Positions 10,401 through 20,324 of a stretch of 64,000 nt of DNA are shown here, piece after piece. The notes beneath the pieces were generated by a model. It made no database searches. It worked only from the letters and a program-made list of their open reading frames with translations, and was not told where the DNA came from. A program made the translations under genes and the position numbers. Source of the stretch: Oopsacas minuta (Eukaryota; Animalia; Porifera); NCBI GenBank assembly GCA_024704765.1, contig JAKMXF010000299.1:310001-374000 (forward strand), given 5' to 3'. Numbering within the stretch: the first letter of the stretch is position 1; the number at the start of each line of letters is the position of its first letter.

Positions 10401-11628
10401 TCGTAAGTGTAATTGTCTTTCAATTGTCGATAAGAATTATCATATTGTGAGTGCGAAAGATCGCAGTTTAGAGGGTTTTACAGCTTTGAAAGAATCAATT
10501 CACACCAATGCAGATCAAATTGGGTTTAACCATGCATTACCAGTTCGTTGGTTAGATTTCGCTTTGAATATTCTCTCAAGTTCAAATCCTGTTCTAGGCA
10601 AAGCTGATATCACAAAAATATCTGAGCAGACTAATTGTGCAGGCGATTATACCGAAATCTTACAGCTTTTCCATTCAATTGGTGTATTTTTCTTTAGAAA
10701 AAATATCTTAGTCAAATCCTTACAGAATCTATTAGACATAATTTTCCATGTGGTCTCCCCTATGAATTGTTTAAACTTGATACCATCTCTACCGAAAATA
10801 TCCAAAAGTAAATGCAAGCAAGAAAATTTCCGTCAAGAAATCGAAAATGCTTATACAACCGCGGTTCTTACTGATAACATATTATATGCAATTCTACAAC
10901 GTAACAACTTAACAGAGGTTAAAACCGAAATTACACAACTGTTAGAGGAATTTGGTGTTCTGTTATTCAAAAGCGGACATGGTAAGCATAGAGAACATTA
11001 TATCCCATATTTATTTAAGGAAGATATTACTGCGATATACCAAGCTGAATCCACTGACCAGACTATCTATTTATACTTCCCAGATAATCAAGTACCTACT
11101 TCTTTCTATTTTGCTCTACTTTCTTTATGTCTGGATAGATGTAATGCTTCAAAACATAAGAAATTTTGTAAAAATGAGGATAAATTCTCTTCAGATTGTC
11201 GGAAGCCTCAATGGCAAATGAATTTGAAAATTGATAAACATGATCCAAAACTTGCCTTTGATTGCGTTAAGTTTCAATGGGAATCAAATTTGACTTGCAT
11301 TTTAGACTTCACTGAACATCAGCCATATATTCGAGTTATTTTCCAAGACATAGATTATTCAGATTTGGCTGTACATTCAAGAATGTTCTCTCTTCTCTTT
11401 ACAATACAAAAATGGATAATACAAATTCAACGAGAATTGATATTATCCGGAAAACTTGCTAAAATTGTGCTTAACTGTCCTTGCAATTCATTTGCAAGAA
11501 CTTTAAGACCCTGCGTGTATTTCGAAACTTTCCTCAAACAATCTGGGCATGAATCTCATTTCTATTGTAAAGTTAAACAGACTTATTTTCCTTGGAGTTT
11601 TTTCAATAAATTTCTCCATTTAAGCTGA
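7498..11628 (+). CDS. NACHT-LRR-ROC-COR protein (NLR/ROCO hybrid), 1376 aa; probably the 5' part of a fusion with the downstream caspase
   Basis: NACHT: Walker A GQIGTGKT (7786), Walker B LIFIIDAYD, sensor-1 ILILSRP, WHD YTFINLITQEFLAALY. LRRs: VNLQGNKLTDSSI, LRKLDLSNNSID. ROC GTPase: LMVVGSEGVGKTSLL (9433), WDLAGQ..FFCMHSLFLTPRAVYL (10054), IIIVFTKAD. COR-like: LPVRWL, LQLFHSIGVFFF, LLEEFGVL. Confidence 0.88.
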   Translation: MSQSYKDTIIEVWHLLSRTYLYMNAKIKIHLRSKYAYNLRDTYSQLTIIENTLPNMQIHPLKSMTYAHSILDRTNKQIFPLEENLLSTPGQLFLAIGQIGTGKTWLARHISTLWANDLINEGKNILIYIDCELPEVKSAKDIQTCISSLRTKGTNFVDYFEHLFVKDGQNLIFIIDAYDVLLRYVPNSPLHELVRRKILSKSSILILSRPCVHFYNEMNTTYLNYTKLEVLGFSSKICNEYFTKSSIKLLEGSQAVFVFLNIFPDLRQFARFPLIAFSIIKLVSIENLEQFVSVDYIMKHICVIIINQQLSHYLTGDIKSQYLNIVSLNSVSRSKFHSLGHLYKTAYQGLLDSFNTVQQDIPTFHEGFAPDGMGIYCTNFIQVNSEWKPRYTFINLITQEFLAALYTKGNLKSGQEESYEKTLPILQKKTIPHFMILGCSKELLLNEEGKDIFHFYLPQLNNSLTIYALLLNIIIECGFVHYQKISATLLFPSNTIELLDYPMEGWILRGVSYFLNKISNFTSLTFSNCSITDQILYFLITNMNINSNITFVNLQGNKLTDSSIPIIRNSFRHILSSLRKLDLSNNSIDASQVISLESDFPQIEFISHQTIPQEILSRGEEFVYQYQLACNEGSQQIKFFRLMVVGSEGVGKTSLLKALRNQPFEGKEVSTDFIEKTDITITELSNDWSQNLSFKERLKETRDDILAHITVKRVKSLTNLSNLADNTNLSELILQPESNTDLDTGQIDENTNLNFTKSEPDLVLENDKIPEETKLESPTIESQPEEIDTPTVEIEPEIPEIKIDTNDPNEEISKIDPPFVSSSMHLSNLPLKNIQEHWSNQRTILPIEFFTVWDLAGQSYFFCMHSLFLTPRAVYLMPVDLSVNLKEPVLQRKRETGRLDRREIKGKVTHLDIIQYWIMTIYSVAKSTSTEVYECKSRIIIVFTKADLADDPVEKAAADYKLITDSLSRKCNCLSIVDKNYHIVSAKDRSLEGFTALKESIHTNADQIGFNHALPVRWLDFALNILSSSNPVLGKADITKISEQTNCAGDYTEILQLFHSIGVFFFRKNILVKSLQNLLDIIFHVVSPMNCLNLIPSLPKISKSKCKQENFRQEIENAYTTAVLTDNILYAILQRNNLTEVKTEITQLLEEFGVLLFKSGHGKHREHYIPYLFKEDITAIYQAESTDQTIYLYFPDNQVPTSFYFALLSLCLDRCNASKHKKFCKNEDKFSSDCRKPQWQMNLKIDKHDPKLAFDCVKFQWESNLTCILDFTEHQPYIRVIFQDIDYSDLAVHSRMFSLLFTIQKWIIQIQRELILSGKLAKIVLNCPCNSFARTLRPCVYFETFLKQSGHESHFYCKVKQTYFPWSFFNKFLHLS

Positions 11629-11637
11629 TACCTTCAG

Positions 11638-12761
11638 TGCTTGGATTATCATTCATAGATAAATACCATGGACATATTGTACAGAATTTGGACCTAGAGT
11701 TCATCCTAGAAGCTCTGTTTGAAGAGGGATTAATTAATGGTGAAGAACTTGCTCAAATATTTTCGTTAGAGAAGAAGGAAAAAGTTGAAATGATTTTACG
11801 AAATTTGCCGAATAAAGGGAAGGAATGGGCTCACAAGTTTTATAAAGTATTAAAGTCTAAGAGTGTTGAAAACCGCGAAATAAGGTCTCTATACGAATCA
11901 TACATAGTTGAAAAACTCTATGCAGAAGTTCCTAAAGGTGAAGATCTCGATTTCAGTCGATATCCAATACTGAATAATCCCTGCGGAATTTGTCTCATTA
12001 TCCATATCGAAAATTTTGATGACAATTCCAAAAGGCGAGGTTCTCATTTAGATTTCTTAAACTTAAAGCAAACATTTGAAAACATGAATTTTCTCATACA
12101 TTCGTACGAGGATTCAACTAAAATAGAAATGAGGAAAATTTTAACAGAATTACGCTGTATGGATCATTCGGCTTTTGACACATTTTTCTGTATAGTAATG
12201 TCTCATGGAGATGAAGATGAGTGTATTGTTACTCGTGACATGAAAACTATTAAGAAAGATACAATTCTTAACCATTTTACAGCTGATTCGTGTCCTAGTT
12301 TGGCTGGTAAGCCGAAAGTATTTATATTCCAAGCATGTCGTGGGCAGAAACAAGACCATGGAATAGAAATGATATCAGCTAAAGAGCCTGTTACAACAGG
12401 AGATGAAAAACTAACTATCCAAACAGATGATTTTGCGAATATTCCTGGTAAAATTGAGCATATTGAGTCCGATCGATCTATACCATCCTCTTCACAAGAA
12501 GTTCCGAAAAAGGTGGCTAATTTCGCAGATTTCTACATAGCACAAGCTACAGTGAAAGGTTATGTTTCATATCGATATGTTACTCGCGGTAGTGTGTTCA
12601 TCAGTGCTTTTTGCTCGGTGTTAAAATCCGCGAGATATCACCACCATTTGGTAGATATGATGATAGAGGTTCGTAGACAAGTTTCTATGGTAGACGTCAA
12701 TAGTAATGTACAGTGTCCTGAAGCTACTGATACGTTCACGAAACAATTGTATTTATTTTAG
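11638..12761 (+). CDS. CARD-containing initiator-type caspase, likely the 3' exon of the upstream NLR/ROCO gene
   Basis: CARD-like FIDKYHGHIVQNLDLEFILEALFEEGLINGEE...EMILRNLPNKGKEWAHKFYKVL. Caspase p20/p10 with catalytic SHG (12201) and QACRG (Cys at 12336); linker Asp sites IQTD and IESD; ADFYIA, GSVFI. The ORF-track start is a GTG overlapping the splice acceptor CCTTCAG (11631-11637). Confidence 0.9.
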
Positions 12762-13045
12762 ATAACGCTATTTATACTTTAGTTGAACAGATTGTTTATT
12801 TTGCGTATGATAATTATTAAAATTTCCTTACCAAGAATCCCATGATTTAAGTCACTAAATATTTGCTGGGAGATTTCCATGTTGCAAACTTTTGGGAATT
12901 TGTTCATGCTATGTAGTGCCATTGGGAAATCTGGATCATCTCATAATACATAACCTATTACAATATGTTCCTAATACACTTCAAATTACTGCCTAACTCT
13001 TTATCTTTTCGCTTGCAGTTTTTTCTTAGTTTAGTCTCCTAAATA

Positions 13046-13285
13046 ATGAGTAACAAAGCTCATCCCCCAGAACTAAAGAAATACATGGAGAAACGTGTAT
13101 CAGTTAAGATAGAAAGAGGAAGACACGTAACAGGAATTCTACGTGGATTTGACCCTTATATGAATATTGTACTTGAAGATACGATTGAAGAGATTTCTAA
13201 TACAGAACGTAATAGTATTGGTATGGTAGTTGTGAGAGGGAATAGCATTGTTATGTTAGAAGCTTTGGAGAAGATTATGATATAA
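13046..13285 (+). CDS. SNRPG: Small nuclear ribonucleoprotein G (Sm-G)
   Basis: [14 protein letters not shown]...[13 protein letters not shown]...[19 protein letters not shown], near-identical to Sm-G. Confidence 0.97.
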   Translation: MSNKAHPPELKKYMEKRVSVKIERGRHVTGILRGFDPYMNIVLEDTIEEISNTERNSIGMVVVRGNSIVMLEALEKIMI

Positions 13286-13559
13286 AGAATTCTATGTTCT
13301 TAGATTCCTTCCATTGCATGTCATATTTCTTTAATATATTTATTCTACACAATTAATAGGGTAGAATACATATTAAGCTAAAATGTGTATCAAAACTATC
13401 TTTCACGGTTGTACATACAAATAGATGGGAGACTATAAGTATTTACAATTTTAAGTGACAATTCTCAAGTATCGACTCTATAAATACCCCGAATGGGAGA
13501 TAGAATCATATGTACACACCCTCTTTCATGTATATTCCTTACTATTTATTTTGTATAGA

Positions 13560-15281
13560 ATGCAGAGCTTATCTAACATAAATTCATCAACTCTCCGATT
13601 CTACTACAAGATCAGTACTAATCTGATACCGATACACTTTATACTATTTTCTATTGGTATTATTTGGCTATCTATCCTACCTCTAGAAGATTACAACGGT
13701 AAATGTTATATCTCAGAAAATGCATTACTAGTTGGAATGATAGAATTGAAATTCTCGCAAGATTATAATAAAGCAAAAACATATACAACTACACGAAGCG
13801 ATTTGAAAGCACATGGAATAGCTGTAGAATACTTTGATAATTTACAATTTGAAGTTGCACAACAGAACTTTTCCATTAATCTACCATCTTTATTGGTGGA
13901 ATCTGGGGTTAATACGTATGCACTATTTCATGCTGAAAGGTCATCACATACAGAAATGCTCGTAGTTCATATCAGCATGAATAATCACCGTTTAACTAAG
14001 ACACAAGATATCGCGAATTTCGCGGTTTTCCTCGGCCTAGCAGACTATTTTTCACAGCAAAACTACTGGGCAAGAGACATCCTATTTCTAATGACTTCAC
14101 ATGATGTAATAGGAGTACAAGCTTGGCTACAACAGTACTTAGGAATTGCAGATAACTCACAAATACTAACTAGTCAATCTCTACACTATCATCCTGGGAA
14201 TATTATTGCCATGATTTCAATCAAGTTAAAATCTGAATTCTTCAATTTAGTTCGTATCAAGACTGAAGGAGTAAATGGAATGCTACCTAACTTGGATTTG
14301 GTTAATACTATCTCATTTGTAGCAATGAGAAACTTGAGAATGGCAACGAATTTCTTCCCTTCGAAATCTTTAGAATATAAGGATCTACTGTATAATACAT
14401 TATACATGGCCTGGAATCAGGTCACCGGCATACCTACCGGCCCTCACGGCCCGTTTCTTCATTACGGCATACAAGGGCTAACTATAGAAGCTGTTAATGA
14501 TCCTACAGTACGCACGACACGGCTTTATTCACCCGCTGAGCTTGGGAATTTAGTAGAATCATATATGCGTAGTTTGAATAATCTCCTCGAGACATTACAT
14601 CAATCTTTTAACTTCTATCTTCTCCCAGGTAACAATCGTTACATATCGATTGGTATCTATATTCCCCCGTTAATGTGTATCCTAGCTCCACTCGTTCTTA
14701 AAGCACTTGTATTTTGGATATCTTACCAATATCCTTGGCTGTCTGACCCGAATAATATCCCTCTTGATAACAAAGAGCTTTCAATAAAGTTACTGCATTC
14801 TAATCCTATTCCTCTAGAATCAATAGGTACTATTCTCTTGGCTTATACCTTGATAGTGTTATTGATTATAACACACAAATATTTGTATTTATTCCCAGGA
14901 TTCCCATTTGCAATCGTCCTTACAGTATCTTTGATCACATTCCGATTCTTCACAAATGTAACTAAGGAAAATGCACCGTTTTTCCATTCACTCTTGTTAC
15001 TACTACTTACAATGTCAACTGTCGCACTGTCAATTGTCAATTTCCCTATAGCACTAATAATATCATTGATACTGACAATATTCACAATATTCCCGAGATT
15101 AATCCCTATCTTCTGCCCGATTTTCATTCTAGCTCCTCACCTCACATTATTTATCCCAGATTTATCTTTCCTAGAGAATCTCTATCTAGAGTATGAGATT
15201 AGTCACCGTGTATTTGATGGTTGGGGTTACAGTGCAATATTTTTAATTCTGGTGCCTTTGTTTATATACAAGAATCCTTAG
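13560..15281 (+). CDS. GPAA1: GPI-anchor transamidase subunit GAA1, intronless
   Basis: YISENALL, YWARDILFL, EGVNGMLPNLDLVN, PTGPHGPF..YGIQGLT, LLETLHQSFNFYLL...RYISIGIYIP, multiple C-terminal TMs. The likely ATG at 13560 follows a pyrimidine tract plus TAG. Confidence 0.93.
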   Translation: MQSLSNINSSTLRFYYKISTNLIPIHFILFSIGIIWLSILPLEDYNGKCYISENALLVGMIELKFSQDYNKAKTYTTTRSDLKAHGIAVEYFDNLQFEVAQQNFSINLPSLLVESGVNTYALFHAERSSHTEMLVVHISMNNHRLTKTQDIANFAVFLGLADYFSQQNYWARDILFLMTSHDVIGVQAWLQQYLGIADNSQILTSQSLHYHPGNIIAMISIKLKSEFFNLVRIKTEGVNGMLPNLDLVNTISFVAMRNLRMATNFFPSKSLEYKDLLYNTLYMAWNQVTGIPTGPHGPFLHYGIQGLTIEAVNDPTVRTTRLYSPAELGNLVESYMRSLNNLLETLHQSFNFYLLPGNNRYISIGIYIPPLMCILAPLVLKALVFWISYQYPWLSDPNNIPLDNKELSIKLLHSNPIPLESIGTILLAYTLIVLLIITHKYLYLFPGFPFAIVLTVSLITFRFFTNVTKENAPFFHSLLLLLLTMSTVALSIVNFPIALIISLILTIFTIFPRLIPIFCPIFILAPHLTLFIPDLSFLENLYLEYEISHRVFDGWGYSAIFLILVPLFIYKNP

Positions 15282-15383
15282 TTGTTAATTATTTGTTTGA
15301 AATATTCTGTTTCCTAATTAGCACAGGTTTGTTTCATTGGAATTGCACTGTGGTTTTCTACGCAACTTATCCCTGTACTATAG

Positions 15384-15455
15384 CAGGGGTTCCCAACATC
15401 TTCACCTGTGGACACCCTGCTGTCGTCCGTATGGACCCCAGGTTGGGAACCACTG
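15384..15455. mobile_element. 72-bp hAT/Charlie-like MITE (family B)
   Basis: TIRs CAGGGGTTCCCAAC / GTTGGGAACCACTG. Flanked by TACTATAG and AACTATAG (7/8-identical 8-bp TSD). Confidence 0.8.
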
Positions 15456-15873
15456 AACTATAGTAATCTTGATATCACTGGAACTGTAACGCAGCTGTTC
15501 AATGTTGTGAGATCCTCTCAATGATTTTTGAATAATCTTGAATTATTACTACTTCGAACTCTCCGGCGATTCAAATAATGAATTATCATTTAATAATGCC
15601 TTAATATCTATTACGTAGATGCAATAATATACTTGTGTGCTGAATAACTACCCACAACTTTATGAGATTTGTGTAAGTATTGGAAAACACTATATCAAAT
15701 TCTTAACTAACAACAACAGAGCAAAAATTATTAGTTTAATTAAGTTTAAATTTTAGAAAATCATCCTCTACGTAGAATTTCTAGAATTTCTCTTCATTAT
15801 CTTTTCTCACAGATTTTCATAATTCTTTCTTCTACACTTTGAATAAAACCAATTAATCTCTACGCAATATCAT

Positions 15874-16853
15874 ATGGCAAGTCAGTTATCTATTGCACCA
15901 TATATCTCCCATATAATCCCTCCTACAACCTTACAGGGTATAGCTAAGCAATGGTTAGCAGAAGACGTACCTTCATTTGATATAGCAGCTTGTGTTGTTG
16001 GAGATAAACCTGAGGAATGTGTTCTGTTATGTAAATCTCCTGGTGTGTTATGTGGTGTACCATTCTTCAATGCTGTTTTCCAGCAGCTTAATTGTGACGT
16101 CACGTGGTTCATAGCTGAAGGAACATACATAGATGATACTCCATCTCGTATAGCTGTTGTTAAGGGTCCTGCTAGTTGTATATTACAAGGAGAGAGACCT
16201 GCTCTTAACTGTATAGCCAGAGCGTCAGGGATAGCTACACACGCTAGAGAACTTAGGAGGATAAGAGAAGAATATACATGGGAAGGGCAGATTGCTGGAA
16301 CGCGAAAAACAACACCTGGATTCAGATTGGTAGAGAAGTATGCTTTGTTGATAGGTGGTATATCAACTCACAGGTGAATATTAATATTTTAATATTTATT
16401 ATGTTTTTATATATTGTATTTTCAAGGTATGATCTTTCCAGTATGGTAATGCTGAAGGATAACCATATATGGTCAATGGGATCAATATCTGCTGCCGTGA
16501 AGAGGACAAGAGAAATCGGTGGGTTTTCTATTAAAATAGAAGTTGAGTGTCGTTCGATTGAGGAGGCGATAGAAGCCGCGAAATCAGGTGCAGACATTGC
16601 AATGCTAGATAATTGGAGTCCTGATTCTGCGAAAACCGCAGCCGAGCAATTGAAAAACGACTTTCCGCATTTGATAATAGAATGTTCTGGCGGTATTCGT
16701 AAAGATAATTGTCACTTATATTTCTCACAAAATATTGATGTAGTCAGTATGAGTAGTACTACACAAGGATACGGAGTTGTAGACTTTTCTCTTAAAGTTA
16801 AGAGGGATGACATTGATATTACAAATCCACTTAGAGACAGAATTAAGCAGTGA
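15874..16853 (+). CDS. QPRT: Nicotinate-nucleotide pyrophosphorylase (quinolinate phosphoribosyltransferase), 2 exons, 308 aa
   Basis: Exons 15874-16373 and 16427-16853 with a 53-nt GT-AG intron restore [15 protein letters not shown]. Other motifs: [39 protein letters not shown]. Confidence 0.96.
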
Positions 16854-17013
16854 TTCAGATAAGTTACGTATTTCAGAATTATTATTTATTTTTGAGTTTG
16901 AGTTTAATTATTTCGAAATTTCTATGATTTTAGCAAAAATATATTTTTCAACAAAATTATAATTTTTCTTCTAGCTTAATAATTGTTAAATCTTTTAAAT
17001 TAGCAATAATTCT

Positions 17014-18105
17014 ATGTTTCAAATATTTATACTTTTCATAATCTCCTCAAATTGCCTTTCTTATGGATCAGGTTCAATTAATGACACTCTAATATTATCT
17101 AATGCAAGTGATATTTCTATAACAAATACACTGTTAAATGATGAATTTCCACTTAACATTGATTCTGATTTACAGACTGTTTCATTTAATGATACAATTA
17201 CCAGTGTACTACAACCAACTGACGAATGGCAGACAATACAACCTAACCAATCTATACCAGCTGGTTGTGACATAAGAATTAATCTACAGACTGGTAAGAA
17301 GGAAGCTAAATGGTCTGCAGATCGTAATACAGATAAATTCAGAGTGAAATCACAACTTAATGAAGAGAACAATATTCCAGTTTCCATGTATGATCCATTC
17401 AAATCATCTGAATTTGCATCCATAATCCAAACAGAGAATTATAACACAACAATAAAATTAATTGAATTAGTTAGCTCTACAGAAAATACAACTGATGTTC
17501 TGCAGAATCTAGATGAATTGGAGTTAATGCTTAGCGATGGAGATCTAGCTCTCTCCATTTCCAATACAGAGCACTTCACACTTCTAATTAATCTCCTGAA
17601 TAATGCGAATTTTAACGTTTCTTCAGCAACTTGTCTAGTCCTGGGTTCCATGTGGCAAAATAATCAACAAATCCAGCTTATAGCTATCGAACAGAAAGTA
17701 TTACCTACATTGATACAATTATTTCAAAATTTTAAGAGAGTTAATTATGACATAAATTCTCTATTATTTTCCACATCTACCTTGTTAAGAGGATTACCTT
17801 ATGGATTAGGAATATATTATTTTACTAATTATAATATAGCTCGTTTATTAACAGATATTATTGTTAATAATAGAGGGAATTATAGAATTATTTCTAAAGT
17901 TGTACGGTTTACTGAATATTTGTTAGAAGAGTTTGAGAATGAAGATGATACAGAACTTGAATTGAAAATAAGAGAAATGATTGAGACAATACATAGCTCA
18001 GATTATTGTGCTGCTCTACAGGAGATTATACAATTGGAAGAGATAAGATTAGAATACAGGGTGGAATTGAGTCAAATCACTAGCAAAATTTGTAGTGCGT
18101 ATTAA
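17014..18105 (+). CDS. SIL1: Nucleotide exchange factor SIL1 (BiP NEF)
   Basis: Signal peptide; hallmark LQPTDEWQTIQPNQSIPAGCDIRINLQTGKKEAK; armadillo-like region (LGSMWQNNQQIQ). Confidence 0.85.
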   Translation: MFQIFILFIISSNCLSYGSGSINDTLILSNASDISITNTLLNDEFPLNIDSDLQTVSFNDTITSVLQPTDEWQTIQPNQSIPAGCDIRINLQTGKKEAKWSADRNTDKFRVKSQLNEENNIPVSMYDPFKSSEFASIIQTENYNTTIKLIELVSSTENTTDVLQNLDELELMLSDGDLALSISNTEHFTLLINLLNNANFNVSSATCLVLGSMWQNNQQIQLIAIEQKVLPTLIQLFQNFKRVNYDINSLLFSTSTLLRGLPYGLGIYYFTNYNIARLLTDIIVNNRGNYRIISKVVRFTEYLLEEFENEDDTELELKIREMIETIHSSDYCAALQEIIQLEEIRLEYRVELSQITSKICSAY

Positions 18106-19129
18106 TATTGTAAGCTTTCACAAAATACGACTGCTTTCACAATTTTATAGTTTATTATCATACATAGAATGAAATGCCCATATTTTTGCGTTTAAGACTA
18201 TTAGTTCTAGCTTCAATAAATCTGAGTTCCTATCTCGGCTAGTTCTGAATTCTCCAGTATCTGGAAAATGGTCCTATTAAGCGAATAACAGTATTTAAGA
18301 TAAGTGCTTATGCCTGTATCGGTGGGATATGTCATAGTTATTAACTACTATAAAGTTACATACTACACAATTTAGTATATAAGACATTGCTCTCTTGTTC
18401 AACAGCATTAAACTAGACATTATTCATTCCAAGTGATCTTGAAGAAGATATAGCATTTACGGTAAGTTTTACTTGGGATAATTTATTTTCCAGGAATACG
18501 TGACATGCTGTTTGTGTTTAATCCCCGACAATGTCTGCGGTATTCAGCATGTATATAAAAATTCAATTAACTTTCAATTTCAATTTCGGATGCTTTGGCG
18601 AGTAACTTGATTGAGTGTTTAGTTAGAAATTTTAAAATTCCCACTTTCAGATTCAATTTCAAATACCAAGACAACCAAGTGTTTTAAATATTCCAATAAT
18701 ACAGTGACATGTTGTTTTGTTTCATTCACCAATCATGAAAGAATTTGAAATGTTGTCATGAGTCACAGAATATACCAATCGTTAGATAACTAGGTAATAA
18801 GCATTTGCCCACAAATTCCAACAGCTGTTTCTAGCAAAGATCTAAGCTTTGAAATTTGATGCATAATATTCTGCACGTGCTTTCCAAAAAAATGCTATCT
18901 TCATTAATTAATTATTTGTATCTATTTTTGTGATGACACAGTAGGTGAAAAATGTTACATATATATATATATCATATTTCCGCAAGAGACATGATCTTGA
19001 TACCACAAATTATTATTATTTGCTTTGATGTTTATTCAGTTGAACTTCTATGAATATTTTAGAAATAAAATAAATCTGATCAAGATAAAACTAATACTTT
19101 TGCAAAATATTTTATCATACCCGGCCAGA

Positions 19130-20104
19130 ATGAATTCAGGATTTTCGAGGAGAATTACTTTTTGTGTCTCTTCAACTTTTCTGAGGAAAAATACTATTTT
19201 CTCTAATCTGCCAAGAGCAACAGCTAACGCTCAAGATAGGAGATTGATACTTCTTTTTGGTCCTTCACATCTCCAATTTTCTACAAGCTTAGCGCTTCCA
19301 CGGCCTTTGGATATTTGCCAAAGAATCAGCGATGGTTGTATGAGCATTTTCGTCGGTTACTTGTCCGTCAAGCTATTCTCTGGACTTATCAATGAATTCA
19401 GAACTTATATTCAAGCAACATTTCATTTATTTAGGAGACGTGAACCTCCTGTTTTGATGCATGAATATCTCTCACCTATAGCTAATTACACTTCAAGCAT
19501 TGGTAATCAGGTCATTGTGAAAATTCAGAATATTGTATCGGCTATCCCAATTGAAATTGCCTCTCCAAAAATTATAAATCCACCCGCACCTCCCATTATA
19601 ACAGAGACAAATATCCCACCTGATAAGTCAAAACAAGAATTAATTGAAAAACCTACGAAATCTCTTTACTTATCTTTCTTTTCATATTTGCCCAGACTAT
19701 CCGCACCACTTTTTAGCTTAGGAAACAGGCCAATTTCTGTACCAATTATATCTCCAAATCCTAAACTCACACGAAATACACAAAGATACATTCCATTCGT
19801 AAATCTTCCTTTACACCCTTTTCCAATAACACAAGCTAATTTATCATCATTAGTTGATGGAAGTCTCACAGATGCTATGAATGATGGTAAATCACACACT
19901 CTTGATACACTCAAAAAATTAGCAGAATCTGGTAACAAAGAAGCGAATTATCGTCTCGGTCTTGTATACGCTAAAGGAAAAGCTACAGAGCAGGATACAA
20001 ATATGGCTATTAATTATTTTCAGAAAGCCAAGGGACTTGGTCATGAAGAATGTACCAAAATATTAATAGCTTTGCGTGCTAAACTCGACAACCAGATTGT
20101 ATGA
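19130..20104 (+). CDS. Protein with mitochondrial-presequence-like N-terminus, Pro-rich middle and C-terminal Sel1-like repeat(s); possibly DELE1-like
   Basis: MNSGFSRRITF...LRKN is Arg/Ser-rich with no acidic residues early. C-terminus LKKLAESGNKEANYRLGLVYAKGKATEQDTNMAINYFQKAKGLGHEE is Sel1-like. ATG 19130 follows CAG. Confidence 0.55.
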   Translation: MNSGFSRRITFCVSSTFLRKNTIFSNLPRATANAQDRRLILLFGPSHLQFSTSLALPRPLDICQRISDGCMSIFVGYLSVKLFSGLINEFRTYIQATFHLFRRREPPVLMHEYLSPIANYTSSIGNQVIVKIQNIVSAIPIEIASPKIINPPAPPIITETNIPPDKSKQELIEKPTKSLYLSFFSYLPRLSAPLFSLGNRPISVPIISPNPKLTRNTQRYIPFVNLPLHPFPITQANLSSLVDGSLTDAMNDGKSHTLDTLKKLAESGNKEANYRLGLVYAKGKATEQDTNMAINYFQKAKGLGHEECTKILIALRAKLDNQIV

Positions 20105-20324
20105 TACTTTTTTTTACAGTTAAAACATTTGTTTACTTAACGACTAAATACATTTACTCAATCATTACTGTGATCAATACACTTCGAATTAGATATAATT
20201 TTCTAACTTTTTGTAATTTAATTTCATCTCTTCTGATTTGTAAAGACAAAATAAACATATCTTTCCTTAAAATTATCTTTTCATCATTTTGAAATATACA
20301 TTTTAATTTTATTAGAATTTATCA

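Noticed and set aside
11607-11637. Programmed -1 frameshift as the way to fuse NLR-ROCO and caspase (the caspase frame is open from 11610)
   Set aside because: The AAATTTC heptamer is not in the X XXY YYZ register of the upstream frame. A canonical intron explains the junction better, although a single-base assembly error in 11610-11625 cannot be excluded.
18106-19024. 900-bp spacer with splice-like signals (GTAAGT at about 18463, TTCCAG at about 18493) and a short imperfect direct repeat (AATAC.GTGACATG.TGTTT)
   Set aside because: No coherent coding exon could be assembled. It may be UTR or outron sequence or decayed repeat; evidence is insufficient.
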